Below are positions 1 to 14,548 of a stretch of DNA of 64,000 bases, in pieces (the stretch's first letter is position 1; each line of letters starts with the position of its first letter). The stretch lies in assembly GCF_054482525.1 (NCBI RefSeq), contig NZ_CM137006.1; one strand, given 5' to 3'. Both the position numbers and the translations under genes were made by a program. Under the pieces are notes generated by a model. It ran no database searches. It had not been told where the DNA came from and saw only the letters and a program-made list of their open reading frames with translations.

Positions 1-45
1 ATATTCAAATGATTCGGTTTTCAGGAACATCGCTGACTCTCCGGA

Positions 46-786
46 TTAACTGGCGGTGACGGTGATTTCTGCAACCGCAGCAAACTCACCATTACCGGAT
101 ACAACCGGAATGTTGACCTTGCCTGCAGCAACGCCGTTCACGGTGATGGTCATACCACTGACCGACACGGTGGCTTTTGTTTTATCCGCTGACACCGCAC
201 GGAAGCTCTTGTCGGTTGCGCCTTCCGGCTGGAATGCCACGGTCAGCGTGGTGCTCTGCCCTTTCACTACGGAAGCACTGGCTGGCGTTACCGTCATGCC
301 GGTTGCCGCTGTTACCGTGCTGCGATCTTCTGCCATCGACGGACGTCCCACATTGGTGACTTTCACCGTACGGGTGATCACTTCCTTCGCCGTCACCGCC
401 TTACCGATACTGCTGACCCAGCCACGGAACACATCGACCGTGCCGTTCGGGAAGCGGATTTTATAGGCACGGGTATCACCTTCATTAAACCACGCCAGCA
501 GCGCCTGCTGCCCCTGCTCTCCGGGCATCCACGCCAGCGTGAAGCTGGTATCTCCGGCGGATTTCTGCCCCTGCCCGGTCGCGGTCCAGTCCGCATCTTC
601 ATCATCGAGATAACTGTCGTCATAGGACTCAGCGGTCAGTTCGCCGGGCGTCAGGTCTTTAACTTTTGCCAGACGCGACCAGTCAACGTCTGAAAGCGGG
701 TTCGCATAAGGGTCGCCGCTCCCGTTATAAACCCACAGGGTGGTCCCGGCACCTTTCACCGGCATTGTAGGATTTGGTACAGGCAT
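46..786 (-). CDS. V: Major tail protein V
   Basis: Translation from [20 protein letters not shown] reads as lambda gpV (246 aa); track ORF trimmed to residue 11. Confidence 0.9.
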   Translation of the reverse strand: MPVPNPTMPVKGAGTTLWVYNGSGDPYANPLSDVDWSRLAKVKDLTPGELTAESYDDSYLDDEDADWTATGQGQKSAGDTSFTLAWMPGEQGQQALLAWFNEGDTRAYKIRFPNGTVDVFRGWVSSIGKAVTAKEVITRTVKVTNVGRPSMAEDRSTVTAATGMTVTPASASVVKGQSTTLTVAFQPEGATDKSFRAVSADKTKATVSVSGMTITVNGVAAGKVNIPVVSGNGEFAAVAEITVTAS

Positions 787-793
787 AGCGTCC

Positions 794-1189
794 TCACATT
801 TCATAGGTAATGACATAAGTCAGATCGGCTGAACTCCACAGGCCCGCATCATCGTCGCGCCGGTAGTCATAGCCACTGGCCACCATACTGGTGATCAAAT
901 CTGACAGTGCCGGGATATCGCTCATCACCGGATAAATCCGGGACTCCATCCACGAATCCAGCTCTGAATCCGGCACCTGAGCAGGCAGGAAAACTTCAAT
1001 ATGCAGCTCCGCCTGCCAGGTATCGTTGTCCAGCTCTTCGCCCGTGTATTCAGCGCCGGTGAGATAAACGGCAATTGCCGGAAAATCTTCCTCATCAAAA
1101 ACAGCGGGGCGACCATCAAAAAGCATCGCCCCGGTGTCATGCTTCTCCAGTGCATCCAGTACGGCTGCACGTAGTTCAGTATGTTTCAT
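794..1189 (-). CDS. U: Tail terminator protein U
   Basis: 131 aa, [21 protein letters not shown]..., reads as lambda gpU. Confidence 0.9.
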   Translation of the reverse strand: MKHTELRAAVLDALEKHDTGAMLFDGRPAVFDEEDFPAIAVYLTGAEYTGEELDNDTWQAELHIEVFLPAQVPDSELDSWMESRIYPVMSDIPALSDLITSMVASGYDYRRDDDAGLWSSADLTYVITYEM

Positions 1190-1761
1190 CGCTTTATCAC
1201 AATCCTCAGTTGTTGTTTCAGCGCATAGCCCAGTTCTTTTGGCAGACGTTCTCGCCGGATACGGTTAACGTTCTCATCAAAAGCCTGCTTCAGTGGGGCC
1301 GCCATCGGAATTTTCACCACCTGAATGGGAAGACGATTACGCTTTTTCCTTCCCTTATCGTCATTGCCCTTCGCATACCGGGCTTCTGGCAAACGTTGCA
1401 TAACATGCCAGCGCCCATTATTTAATCGCTGGATGAATGCCCGCTGATAACGATGCTGACCGGCTTTGAGTATGCTGTTCGGACGATGACCAAGCATCCT
1501 GATCCCCAGCTTAATAGCAGGGAGATCACCGCGGTTAACGATAATTTTTGCGTTCGGATTTCTTACCGTAGCCCGTTTCAGTCTGGATCGCTCTTTAACA
1601 AGTTTTCTCGGCACCCGGGTTTCACGGGCGACCTGAGACGAAGACTGATTAATCGCCGTTGTGGCCACGCGGTTAATGGCAATTGCTGACGCACCAGGCA
1701 CCGCCGTTTTGCTGATACGGCTGAGGTTTTCAACAGCCTGCTCAAGACCTTTTATGGCCAT
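1186..1761 (-). CDS. Z: Tail completion protein Z
   Basis: 191 aa, MAIKGLEQAVENLSRISKTAVPGA..., reads as lambda gpZ; overlaps U start. Confidence 0.88.
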   Translation of the reverse strand: MAIKGLEQAVENLSRISKTAVPGASAIAINRVATTAINQSSSQVARETRVPRKLVKERSRLKRATVRNPNAKIIVNRGDLPAIKLGIRMLGHRPNSILKAGQHRYQRAFIQRLNNGRWHVMQRLPEARYAKGNDDKGRKKRNRLPIQVVKIPMAAPLKQAFDENVNRIRRERLPKELGYALKQQLRIVIKR

Positions 1762-1772
1762 ACATCCCCCTT

Positions 1773-2126
1773 TCAGCGGCGACGATTAAGGACAGGCGGC
1801 ACGCCCCGTCCAAGCCAGAGATGACAGCTTCCGCCATCATCCGGCGTAACCCGATCTACCCAGAAGTTTTCCTCACCGATGGTCAGCGTATCTCCACGCC
1901 GCAGTTGCCGCACATCATCAGTCCGGACAAACAGGGACGGGCTGGAGCCTTCAACGCGCACGCCCTGTCCGGCATAGCTGATATGTTCAGGGTCATCAAA
2001 AACACCACGTATTACTGCGCCGGACTGCTCACCGGATGTCATGGTGGCTGACGTTCCCATGTACCCGCGTATCGTTTCATCGGCGCGGGCAATGGCAGCA
2101 TCGAACAGGTTATCGAAATCAACCAC
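1773..2126 (-). CDS. FII: Head-tail joining protein FII
   Basis: 117 aa, xDFDNLFDAAIARADETIRGYMGTSA..., reads as lambda gpFII. Confidence 0.9.
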   Translation of the reverse strand: MVDFDNLFDAAIARADETIRGYMGTSATMTSGEQSGAVIRGVFDDPEHISYAGQGVRVEGSSPSLFVRTDDVRQLRRGDTLTIGEENFWVDRVTPDDGGSCHLWLGRGVPPVLNRRR

Positions 2127-2137
2127 AGCGCCTCCCG

Positions 2138-2536
2138 TTATTGCATTCTGGCCAGGCCACGTTCTGTCATTTCGGCTGCCACACCGGCAGAGACACGGAA
2201 CGCCGTTCCCGGCAGCACAAATGCCACAGGTTCATCCCGCGTGGCGTGAAGTGCATCGGTATGCAGCGTCACCAGTGCCACGACCGTGACCAGTTCAGCC
2301 TTATCCTGAATCACGGTGTCCGGCTGCGCTGATACCACCTCATTTTCATGCCCGGTCAGCGCATTTTCCTGGCTGAGAGGGGTGTCCTGACCGGCAATGT
2401 CATCCGTGTCATCAAGCTCCTCTTCCAGCTCTGCCACACGGAGCGCCAGTTCTTCTTTCGTCCCCGTCAGGCTGACATCACGGTTCAGTTGTTCACCCAG
2501 CGAGCGGAGACGGGCAATCAGTTCATCTTTCGTCAT
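2138..2536 (-). CDS. FI: DNA packaging protein FI
   Basis: MTKDELIARLRSLGEQLNRDVSLTGTKEEL... reads as lambda gpFI; track ORF trimmed to Met14. Confidence 0.85.
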   Translation of the reverse strand: MTKDELIARLRSLGEQLNRDVSLTGTKEELALRVAELEEELDDTDDIAGQDTPLSQENALTGHENEVVSAQPDTVIQDKAELVTVVALVTLHTDALHATRDEPVAFVLPGTAFRVSAGVAAEMTERGLARMQ

Positions 2537-2577
2537 GGACTCCTCCACAGAGAGAAAATGGCCCCGAAGGGCCACGA

Positions 2578-3603
2578 TTACGCCAGTTGTACAGACACGA
2601 ATTCATCAGGGTCAGCCAGCAGCATCAGCGGTGCTGACTGAATCATGGTGAACTCACGCGCCGGATCGCCGGTGGTCACCCAGTTTTTCGGGTAACGGGC
2701 AGAGGCGTTAATGCCTTCGCGCTGTGCGTCCGCATCCTGAATGCAACCATAGGTGCGCAGACCGCGTGCCTGAGTGTTCCCCAGCACCATCGTGTTGTCC
2801 GGCAGGAAGTTCTTTTTGACGCCGTTTTCCACGTACTGTCCGGAATACACGACGATGGCCACATCGCCATACATTCCCTTATAAGACACCGCTTTGCCCA
2901 GGTCTTTTACCGCTGTCTCCAGTTCGGAATGAGAGCCGCGACGGGTATCCAGCGTCTCCCTGACGGCTTTGAAGGAACGGAACAGCGCCCAGCCTTTCGG
3001 ATCAAACACGATGATATTCACCACGCCGCTGGCGTTCAGCGCGTAGGCTTCGATATCGTCGGTCGGGTCATACGTGGACTTGTCACGCTTGCTCCACTCC
3101 GTACCACCGGACTGCGTGATGTTGTTGGCCGCACTGCGGCCCATATCCACCTCAACCGGATCGAAGGCTTCACCGGTCATGGTGTATTTGCCCTTAAGCA
3201 CGGCAGAAACGGCCTGCATCTCTTCGACCTGAGCAATGGCCAGCTCTTCGTCACGCATGTTCTGCATGATGATGCGACGGCGGCGGTAAGCCGGGTCCGC
3301 CAGATTCTGCGGATCTTCATCCGGCAGGCGACGCAGGGTCATCTGCGGATTCACCTCATGCTTGGGTTTGACATATCCCGGCGTAAATTCAGAGGTGGAT
3401 CCGCCACGGGAACGGATAACCTCACCGGAAACAATCGGCGAAACGTACAGCGCCATGTTTACCAGTCCCGGAATTTGTGAGAGATAGACTTTCTCCGTGG
3501 TGAAGGGATAGCTCTCACGGAAAAAGAGACGCAGAAACAGCGGATCAAACTTAAATTTCTGCTCATTTGCCGCCAGCAGCTGGGCGGTTGTGTACATCGA
3601 CAT
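2578..3603 (-). CDS. E: Major capsid protein E
   Basis: 341 aa, MSMYTTAQLLAANEQKFKFDPLFLRLFFRESYPF..., reads as lambda gpE. Confidence 0.93.
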   Translation of the reverse strand: MSMYTTAQLLAANEQKFKFDPLFLRLFFRESYPFTTEKVYLSQIPGLVNMALYVSPIVSGEVIRSRGGSTSEFTPGYVKPKHEVNPQMTLRRLPDEDPQNLADPAYRRRRIIMQNMRDEELAIAQVEEMQAVSAVLKGKYTMTGEAFDPVEVDMGRSAANNITQSGGTEWSKRDKSTYDPTDDIEAYALNASGVVNIIVFDPKGWALFRSFKAVRETLDTRRGSHSELETAVKDLGKAVSYKGMYGDVAIVVYSGQYVENGVKKNFLPDNTMVLGNTQARGLRTYGCIQDADAQREGINASARYPKNWVTTGDPAREFTMIQSAPLMLLADPDEFVSVQLA

Positions 3604-3659
3604 AAAAAAAATCCCGTAAAAAAAGCCGCACAGGCGGCCTTTAGTGATGAAGGGTAAAG

Positions 3660-3992
3660 TTAAACGATGCTGATTGCCGTTCCGGCAAACGCGGTCCGTT
3701 TTTTCGTCTCGTCGCTGGCAGCCTCCGGCCAGAGCACATCCTCATAACGGAACGTGCCGGACTTGTAGAACGTCAGCGTGGTGCTGGTCTGGTCAGCTGC
3801 AACAGCCAGAATGCCAACGGCAGCACCGTCGGTGGTGCCATCCCACGCAACCAGCTTACGGGTGGCGGTATCCGGCATCAGCGGAGTCATTGCAGGCGCT
3901 TTCGCACTCAATCCGCCGGGCGCGGTTGCGGTATGAGCCGGATCACTGTTGCCCAGCGGCTGGTAATGGGTAAAGGTTTCTTTGCTCGTCAT
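3660..3992 (-). CDS. D: Head decoration protein D
   Basis: [39 protein letters not shown]... reads as lambda gpD (110 aa). Confidence 0.9.
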   Translation of the reverse strand: MTSKETFTHYQPLGNSDPAHTATAPGGLSAKAPAMTPLMPDTATRKLVAWDGTTDGAAVGILAVAADQTSTTLTFYKSGTFRYEDVLWPEAASDETKKRTAFAGTAISIV

Positions 3993-4001
3993 AAACATCC
4001 C

Positions 4002-5301
4002 TTACACTGGTGTGTTCAGCAAATCGTTAACGGCATCAGATGCCGGGTTACCTGCAGCCAGTGGTGCCGGTGCACCCTGCATCAGACGATCCAGCGCAGT
4101 GTCACTGCGCGCCTGTGCACTCTGTGGTGCTGCGGCCAGAATGCGGCGGGCCGTTTCCACGGTCATTCCGGGGGTTTCTGCCAGAACGCGCGCCTGTTCT
4201 TCGCGTCCGTGAGCCTCCTCACAGTTGAGGATCCCCATAATGCGGCTGTTTTCTGCCGCAACCGCTGCGGTGATCTGCGCGTTCACGTCCGGCTGCGCCG
4301 CGCTGGCGTTTTCGCCCTCCGTCGCTTGCACCACGTCAGTAACGTCAGCCTGCGAAGCGGTGGCTGAAACAGTTGTTGATTGAGTCTCTTTGGTCATTCG
4401 CCCTCCTGAGAGACGGGATTTACGTGCATCCAGTGCATCACGCATGACGGTGATCGCATCGGTGCTGTTAACAAGTTCATCAGCCAGTCCGGCATCAATG
4501 GCCTCCTGACCGCTGTACACTGCAGCCTCGGTATCCAGCACAGCCTGCACGGACAGGCCGGTATATGCCGACACCTTCTGCGCAAACATCTGGCGGGTTG
4601 CATCCATCCGGGACTGCAGTGTCTCCCGGACGTCATCCGGAAGATGGCTGTAGGGGTTGCCATCCACCTTATGGCTGCCGCTGTAAATCAGCGTGATTTC
4701 CACGCCCTGTTTCTCCAGCGCAGCACCGTAATTACTGTGAGCCATCATGACGCCGATGGAGCCTGTCCGGGCGGTCTGCGTGACCAGACGCCGGGAGGCG
4801 GCGCTGGCAAGCAGCTGACCTGCACTGCAGTTCATGTCGTTGGCCAGCGCCCATACAGGTTTTATGTCACGCACACGGGCGATGATGTCAGCGCAGTCAA
4901 ATGCCCCTGCCACCATTCCACCGGGCGTGTCCATATCGAGCAGAATGCCGTCCACCATCGGGTCACTGGCAGCCTGTTGCAGACGGGCGATAATGCCGTT
5001 GTAACCGGTCATCCCCGAATAAGGCTGCAGCGCCCGCGTCCGGCTGACCAGCGTACCGGACACCGGCAGCACGGCGATGCCGTTCATGACCTGATAACTG
5101 CGGGCCTGTCGTGGTCCGTCACCATCACCGGCTAACGCCAGCGTCGCGGGTGCCTCCTGGGCAGTCAGGCTGTCGCCGGACACCGCATCCGTCAGGCGGC
5201 TGATCCCTAGCTGGCCTGCAAGCGCACAAAAGAAAACCCGCGCATAGGCGGGTTCAAGCATCAGCGGCTCATTAAAGGCCATGCTGGCAATATGCGGGAG
5301 A

Positions 5302-5321
<20 letters not shown>
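4002..5321 (-). CDS. C: Head maturation protease / scaffold C (Nu3 expected in-frame in its 3' third, about 4002-4607)
   Basis: 439-aa product from (V/M)TAELRNLPHIASMAFNEPLML... reads as lambda gpC; probable GTG start; overlaps portal gene 3' end as in lambda. Confidence 0.85.
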
Positions 5322-9002
<3,681 letters not shown>

Positions 9003-9028
<26 letters not shown>

Positions 9029-9548
9029 TCAGCAACCCCGGTATCAGTTCATCCAGCGCGGCTGCTTTGTTCATGGCTTTGATGATATCCCGTTTCAGGA
9101 AATCAACATGTCGGTTTTCCAGTTCCGGAAAACGCCGCTGCACCGACAGGGGGATCCCGTCGAGAATACTGGCAATTTCACCTGCGATCCGCGACAGCAC
9201 GAAAGTACAGAATGCAGTTTCCACCACTTCAGCGGAGTCTCTGGCATTTTTCAGCTCCTGTGCGTCGGCCTGCGCACGCGTAAGTCGATGGCGTTCGTAC
9301 TCAATAGTCCCTGGCTGGAGATCTGTCTCGCTGGCCTGCCGCAGTTCTTCAACTTCCCGGCGCAGCTTTTCGTTCTCAATTTCAGCATCCCTTTCGGCAT
9401 ACCATTTTATGGCGGCGGCAGAGTCATAAAGCACCTCATTACCCTTGCCACCACCCCGCAGAACGGGCATTCCCTGCTCCTGCCAGTTCTGAATGGTACG
9501 GATACTCGCGCCGAAAATGTCAGCCAGCTGCTTTTTGTTGACTTCCAT
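9003..9548 (-). CDS. Nu1: Terminase small subunit Nu1
   Basis: 181 aa, MEVNKKQLADIFGASIRTIQNWQEQGMPVLRGGGKGNEVLYD..., reads as lambda Nu1 with N-terminal winged HTH. Confidence 0.93.
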
Positions 9549-9559
9549 TGTTCATTCCA

Positions 9560-9740
9560 CGGACAAAAACAGAGAAAGGAAACGACAGAGGCCAAAAAGC
9601 CCGTTTTCAGCACCTGTCGTTTCCTTTCTTTTCAGGGGGTGTTTTAAATAAAAACATTAGGTTACGGCGAAGAAGAACGGAAACGCCTTAAACCGGAAAA
9701 TTTTCATAAATAGTGAAAAACCGCGAGGTCGCCGCCCCGT
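9560..9740 (-). other. cos: cos packaging site: cosN GGGCGGCGACCT (minus-strand reading of 9726-9737) plus cosB-like repeats upstream of Nu1
   Basis: Plus strand carries AGGTCGCCGCCC at 9726-9737; repeated AAAGGAAACGACAG / CTGTCGTTTCCTTTCT elements lie between it and the Nu1 start. Confidence 0.75.
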
Positions 9741-9936
9741 AACCTGTCGGATCGCCGGAAAGGACCCGCAAAATGATAATAATTATCATCTACATGTCAC
9801 AACGTGCATCTACGCCATCAAACCACGTCAAATAATCAATTATGACGCAGGTATCGTATTAATTGATCCGCATCAACTTAACGTAAAAACAACTTCAGAC
9901 AATACAAATCAGCGACACTGAATACGGGGCAACCTC

Positions 9937-10131
9937 ATGTCAACGAAGAACAGAACCCGCAGAACAACAACCCGCAACATCCGCTTTCCTAACCAAATGA
10001 TTGAACAAATTAACATCGCTCTTGATCAAAAAGGGTCCGGGAATTTCTCAGCCTGGGTCATTGAAGCCTGCCGTCGGAGGCTAACGTCAGAAAAGAGAGC
10101 ATATACATCAATTAAAAGTGATGAAGAATGA
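9937..10131 (+). CDS. Small phage protein of the lambda right-end / DLP12 ylcI type
   Basis: 64 aa, MSTKNRTRRTTTRNIRFPNQMIEQINIALDQKGSGNFSAWVIEACRRRL; recalled as the ORF just right of cos in lambda. Confidence 0.6.
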   Translation: MSTKNRTRRTTTRNIRFPNQMIEQINIALDQKGSGNFSAWVIEACRRRLTSEKRAYTSIKSDEE

Positions 10132-10295
10132 ACATCCCGCGTTCTTCCCTCCGAACAGGACGATATTGTAAATTCACTTAATTACGAGGGCATTGCAGTA
10201 ATTGAGTTGCAGTTTTACCACTTTCCTGACAGTGACAGACTGCGTGTTGGCTCTGTCACAGGTTAAGTAGTTTGAATGATTAGCAGTTATGGTGA

Positions 10296-10502
10296 TCAGT
10301 CAACCACCAGGGAATAATCCTTCATATTATTATCGTGCTTCACCAACGCTGCCTCAATTGCCCTGAATGCTTCCAGAGACACCTTATGTTCTATACATGC
10401 AATTACAACATCAGGGTAACTCATAGAAATGGTGCTATTAAGCATATTTTTTACACGAATCAGATCCACGGAAGGATCATCAGCAGATTGTTCTTTATTC
10501 AT
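10296..10502 (-). CDS. Small phage protein of the ybcW type, function unknown
   Basis: 68 aa ORF in the position of the lambda right-end ORF upstream of bor. Confidence 0.5.
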
Positions 10503-10787
10503 TTTGTCGCTCCATGCGCTTGCTCTTCATCTAGCGGTTAAAATATTACTTCAAATCTTTCTGTATGAAGATTTGAGCACGTTGGCCTTACATACATCTG
10601 TCGGTTGTATTTCCCTCCAGAATGCCAGCAGGACCGCACTTTGTTACGCAACCAATACTATTAATTGAAAATATTCCTAATATTTGACATAAATCATCAA
10701 CAAAACACAAAGAGGTCAGACCAGATTGAAACGATAAAAACGATAATGCAAACTACGCGCCCTCGTATCACATGGAAGGTTTTACCA

Positions 10788-11198
10788 ATGGCTCAGGTTG
10801 CCATTTTTAAAGAAATATTCGATCAAGTGCGAAAAGATTTAAACTGTGAATTGTTTTATTCTGAACTAAAACGTCACAATGTCTCACATTATATTTACTA
10901 TCTAGCCACAGATAATATTCACATTGTGTTAGAAAACGATAACACTGCGTTAATAAAAGGACTTAAAAAGGTTGTAAATGTTAAATTCTCAAGAAATACG
11001 CATCTTATAGAAACGTCCTATGATAGGTTGAAATCAAGAGAAATCACATTTCAGCAATACAGGGAAAATCTTGCTAAAGCAGGAGTTTTCCGATGGGTTA
11101 CAAATATCCACGAACATAAAAGATATTACTATGCCTTTGATAATTCATTACTATTTACTGAGAGCATTCAGAACACTACACAAATCTTTCCACGCTAA
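10788..11198 (+). CDS. DUF1398-family phage protein (ybcV-like)
   Basis: 136-aa product from [31 protein letters not shown]...; track ORF trimmed to Met42; alternative start Met28 possible. Confidence 0.6.
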   Translation: MAQVAIFKEIFDQVRKDLNCELFYSELKRHNVSHYIYYLATDNIHIVLENDNTALIKGLKKVVNVKFSRNTHLIETSYDRLKSREITFQQYRENLAKAGVFRWVTNIHEHKRYYYAFDNSLLFTESIQNTTQIFPR

Positions 11199-11489
11199 AT
11201 CATAACGTCCGGTTTCTTCCGTGTCAGCACCGGGGCGTTGGCATAATGCAATACGTGTATGCGCTAAACCCTGTGTGCATCGTTATTAATTATTCCCGGA
11301 CACTCCCGCAGAGGAGTTTCCCTGTCAGGGCTGCGGACATAGTTAATCCGGGAATACAGTGATGATCCTTCGCATCTGACATACATTAATAAATATTAAC
11401 AATATGAGATTTCAACTCATTGTTTAGGGTTTGTTTAATTTTCTACACATACGATTCTGCGAACTTCAAAAAGCATCGGGAATAACACC

Positions 11490-11783
11490 ATGAAAAAAAT
11501 GCTACTCGCTACTGCGCTGGCCCTGCTTATTACAGGATGTGCCCAACAGACGTTTACTGTTCAAAACAAACCGGCAGCAGTAACACCAAAGGAAACCATC
11601 ACCCACCATTTCTTCGTCTCTGGAATTGGGCAGAAGAAAACTGTCGATGCAGCTAAAATTTGTGGCGGCGCAGAAAATGTTGTTAAAACAGAAACCCAGC
11701 AAACATTCGTAAATGGATTGCTCGGTTTTATTACTTTAGGCATTTATACTCCGCTGGAAGCGCGTGTGTATTGCTCACAATAA
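11490..11783 (+). CDS. bor: Bor outer-membrane lipoprotein (serum-resistance moron)
   Basis: 97 aa, MKKMLLATALALLITGCAQQTFTVQNKPAAV..., lipobox LITGC; reads as lambda Bor; opposite strand to lysis genes as in lambda. Confidence 0.92.
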   Translation: MKKMLLATALALLITGCAQQTFTVQNKPAAVTPKETITHHFFVSGIGQKKTVDAAKICGGAENVVKTETQQTFVNGLLGFITLGIYTPLEARVYCSQ

Positions 11784-11814
11784 TTGCATGAGTTGCCCAT
11801 CGATATGGGCAGCT

Positions 11815-12276
11815 CTATCTGCACTGCTCATTAATATACTTCTGGGTTCCTTCCAGTTGTTTTTGCATAGTGATCAGCCTCTCTCTGAGGGTGAAATAAT
11901 CCCGTTCAGCGGTGTCTGCCAGTCGGGGGGAGGCTGCATTATCCACGCCGGAGGCGGTGGTGGCTTCACGCACTGACTGACAGACTGCTTTGATGTGCAA
12001 CCGACGACGACCAGCGGCAACATCATCACGCAGAGCATCATTTTCAGCTTTCGCATCAGCTAACTCCTTCGTGTATTTTGCATCGAGCGCAGCAACATCA
12101 CGCTGACGCATCTGCATGTCAGTAATTGCCACGTTCGCCAGCTTCAGTTCTCTGGCATTTTTGTCGCGCTGGGCTTTGTAGGTAATGGCGTTATCACGGT
12201 AATGATTAACAGCCCATGACAGGCAGACGATGATGCAGATGAGCAGAGCGGAGATAATCGCGGTTAATCTGCTCAT
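11815..12276 (-). CDS. Rz: Spanin inner-membrane subunit Rz
   Basis: 153 aa, [40 protein letters not shown]..., reads as lambda Rz. Confidence 0.9.
   Translation of the reverse strand: MSRLTAIISALLICIIVCLSWAVNHYRDNAITYKAQRDKNARELKLANVAITDMQMRQRDVAALDAKYTKELADAKAENDALRDDVAAGRRRLHIKAVCQSVREATTASGVDNAASPRLADTAERDYFTLRERLITMQKQLEGTQKYINEQCR
11874..12056 (-). CDS. Rz1: Spanin outer-membrane lipoprotein Rz1 (embedded in Rz, +1 frame)
   Basis: 60 aa, [40 protein letters not shown]..., proline-rich lipoprotein wholly inside Rz. Confidence 0.85.
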   Translation of the reverse strand: MRKLKMMLCVMMLPLVVVGCTSKQSVSQCVKPPPPPAWIMQPPPDWQTPLNGIISPSERG

Positions 12277-12749
12277 ACCTCAATCTCTCTGACCGTTCCG
12301 CCTGCTTCTTTGAATTTTGCAATCAAACTGTCAACCTTATGCTCGAACTGACCATAACCAGCACCCGGCAGTGAAGCCCAGATATTGCTGCAACGGTCGA
12401 TTGCCTGACGAATATCACCGCGATCAATCATCGGTAAAGCGCCACGCTCTTTAATCTGCTGCAATGCCACTGCGTCCTGGCTATTGGGGGAAAAGTCTTT
12501 CAAACCAAGCTGTTTACAGTAAGCATCCCACCACCGGGAAAGAATCTGGTAGCGTCCAGCAGCCGTTGATTTAAGTTTTGGGTTTAGCGTGACAAGTTTG
12601 CGAGGATGATCGGAGTAATCAGTGAATAGCTCACCACCTACAATAACGTCGTAGCCGTGATTGCGGGTTGGCTGTCGCCCGTTATCCGTTCCTTCTGACC
12701 ACGCCAACATATCGAGGAAAGCTTTACGCTGAGGATTAAGATTTAGCAT
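12273..12749 (-). CDS. R: Endolysin R (lytic transglycosylase)
   Basis: 158 aa, ...[46 protein letters not shown]..., reads as lambda R. Confidence 0.92.
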   Translation of the reverse strand: MLNLNPQRKAFLDMLAWSEGTDNGRQPTRNHGYDVIVGGELFTDYSDHPRKLVTLNPKLKSTAAGRYQILSRWWDAYCKQLGLKDFSPNSQDAVALQQIKERGALPMIDRGDIRQAIDRCSNIWASLPGAGYGQFEHKVDSLIAKFKEAGGTVREIEV

Positions 12750-13041
12750 TTTTCACCCCTGTCAGTCGTTCCCAGAAGTATGTCAGTGCAACCGAACCCA
12801 TCGCACCACTAATCCCCGCTGTCGCGAGAATCATGTAAATACTGAATCCACTTTCGATACTGATCAGGCCACCAATAACACCGGTGAATCCCGACACCAC
12901 TATCTGAGCCAAAGCATTTATCCAGCTCCACGTTGCTTTACTCTGCTTCACATCTATCAGGTAGCGGACCAGACCGCCCCAACCTGCGATGATCAGCAAA
13001 ACGAGCCAGAACGCTCCGGCAAGGCTCTCTTTTTCGTGCAT
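12736..13041 (-). CDS. Holin, class I-like with three predicted TM helices, not of lambda S type
   Basis: Position immediately upstream of and overlapping R; three hydrophobic segments plus charged C-terminus; first ATG is Met5 of the track ORF (track start is TTG). Confidence 0.6.
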   Translation of the reverse strand: MHEKESLAGAFWLVLLIIAGWGGLVRYLIDVKQSKATWSWINALAQIVVSGFTGVIGGLISIESGFSIYMILATAGISGAMGSVALTYFWERLTGVKNAKS

Positions 13042-13260
13042 ATGAATAGCCAATGTTTCGCCGCCGACAAAAGGCCGGGACGTTAAATGTCAGAAATCAG
13101 GCTCACGGGGTAATTTAACGACAAAGCACGGAGTTGATGCTCCCCGCAAGCCTGGAATAAAAAAGCCAGCATGTAGCTGGCAACAGAGGGTTAAGCAATA
13201 TCAACTCAACAGCTGAAGACACCCTGGCTGGGGTACGTTGGAAGGATACTCACCGCCCAG

Positions 13261-13296
13261 AAACAGAAAAGCCCAAGGCTTTAAACCTCGGGCTTG
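13261..13296 (-). terminator. Intrinsic terminator (tR'-like) of a short late leader transcript
   Basis: Minus-strand hairpin AGCCCGAGG-loop-CCTTGGGCT (9 bp with one G-U) followed by CTTTTCTGTTT. Confidence 0.45.
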
Positions 13297-13350
13297 AATT
13301 TGGATTACTGCCAGTGCGTACAACATTGGCAAAATATCAGATTTACATAA

Positions 13351-13379
13351 AATATATGATTTTTAATCCAGTTTTGCAA
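13351..13379 (-). promoter_or_regulatory. Candidate late promoter (pR'-like): -35 TTGCAA, 17-bp spacer, -10 TATATT
   Basis: Sigma70-like hexamers with 17-bp spacing at the 3' end of the Q-like gene, about 50 nt upstream of the hairpin terminator. Confidence 0.4.
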
Positions 13380-14052
13380 TATCTTGCTGTGAAAATGTGG
13401 TCTTTTGTTTTGAACGTGTTTTCGTTAAAAGCAATAAAGCTTGGCTATCAAGCTGTAGAAAAATGTGCTTCATTGCAACCCAGCGTTCAGTAAATGTCTC
13501 AGACCAGTTTTTTGATGTCACTCCCACCAGTGATGCCAACTCCTGGTATTCATAGGTCTTACGCCCTGCCAGCTCGTTCTTCACATCCTGTGCCGCCAGC
13601 CAGATCAACTTCTTCAAACGTTCCAGTGTCTTACCTGCAATTTTCCTGGTACCCAACAGAGTCTTAAACTCGCTCCATGCCCACTGCGTTATGGTGACCT
13701 GATGTTCCCAGCGAACACTTTCGCTGTAACTCCACAGCAACCACGCTTTCTGATGTTCTTCGAGAGACAGAACCGCGCGGCGCCATGATGATGTTGAGAA
13801 CTCGATCGGACTGACCAGGGCAATGGATGAGCCTTTCGCCCGTGACTGCTTACCGGGTATCGGCGGATTATCCAGCGTTATTAACCTGCCGGTCACTTCA
13901 TCCAGAATGCGCGGTTTCTTTCGTTTGTATGTACCGGTATCAAATTGCGCATGCTCCTGCCAGGCCACCAACTGCCCTTTCGTCGCACCACTCAGATCGG
14001 CGGTGGCCACCATGAGCTGCTCGCGAACAAACTGTAAATATTGGGTATTCAT
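13363..14052 (-). CDS. Putative late-gene antiterminator (Q-like), 229 aa
   Basis: Assigned by position between rusA/nin and the late promoter/lysis cassette; not similar to lambda Q; no family match recalled. Confidence 0.5.
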   Translation of the reverse strand: MNTQYLQFVREQLMVATADLSGATKGQLVAWQEHAQFDTGTYKRKKPRILDEVTGRLITLDNPPIPGKQSRAKGSSIALVSPIEFSTSSWRRAVLSLEEHQKAWLLWSYSESVRWEHQVTITQWAWSEFKTLLGTRKIAGKTLERLKKLIWLAAQDVKNELAGRKTYEYQELASLVGVTSKNWSETFTERWVAMKHIFLQLDSQALLLLTKTRSKQKTTFSQQDIAKLD

Positions 14053-14185
14053 GCGGCCGCTCCTTTCAGTGTTTTGGCGTAATTTTTCAGTATTCGGTAA
14101 TCAGTCACGACAGAACCGGAAAACCGGTACAACCGCAGGCGCATCCAGCGAAGGCGGAGGTGTTCTGTGATATAAGATTCAAACG

Positions 14186-14548
14186 TCATTCGCCCTCCAG
14201 TTCTGTAATGGTCAGCTCCAGCTTCCCGCCTTTAACGATCGGCATCTTCACAACGCGGTAATCAACAACCTGCGCATCATCCAGCCAGAAACCTGCTTTA
14301 GTAAGTGCGTCAAAAGCGGCTTTTTGCAGATTATCCAGGTCACGGCGACGGCGATCCGGCATGTGGCACTCAATGCGGATTTTCACTGGCATAGCCAGGC
14401 CGATATCCAGCATGGAGCCTTTGATGATTCGGGCGACGTTATCGCGGTATGCTTGCCCCTCTGCGCTGATGTGCGTGCGCCCGCGATTATGGCGGTAATA
14501 GCGATTATTGCTCGGAGGCCAGGGTAATGTGATGCTGTAGGTATTCAC
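14186..14548 (-). CDS. rusA: Holliday-junction resolvase RusA
   Basis: 120 aa, [43 protein letters not shown]..., reads as RusA. Confidence 0.92.
   Translation of the reverse strand: MNTYSITLPWPPSNNRYYRHNRGRTHISAEGQAYRDNVARIIKGSMLDIGLAMPVKIRIECHMPDRRRRDLDNLQKAAFDALTKAGFWLDDAQVVDYRVVKMPIVKGGKLELTITELEGE

Noticed and set aside
9108-9647. 179-aa plus-strand ORF spanning the Nu1 gene and cos region
   Set aside because: Antisense to the lambda Nu1 gene and running through cosB; a product is implausible.
13041-13053. Possible dual-start (antiholin/holin) motif M-A-I-H-M at the holin N-terminus
   Set aside because: The upstream start in the track is a TTG codon; without evidence of initiation there, only the ATG-initiated holin is annotated.
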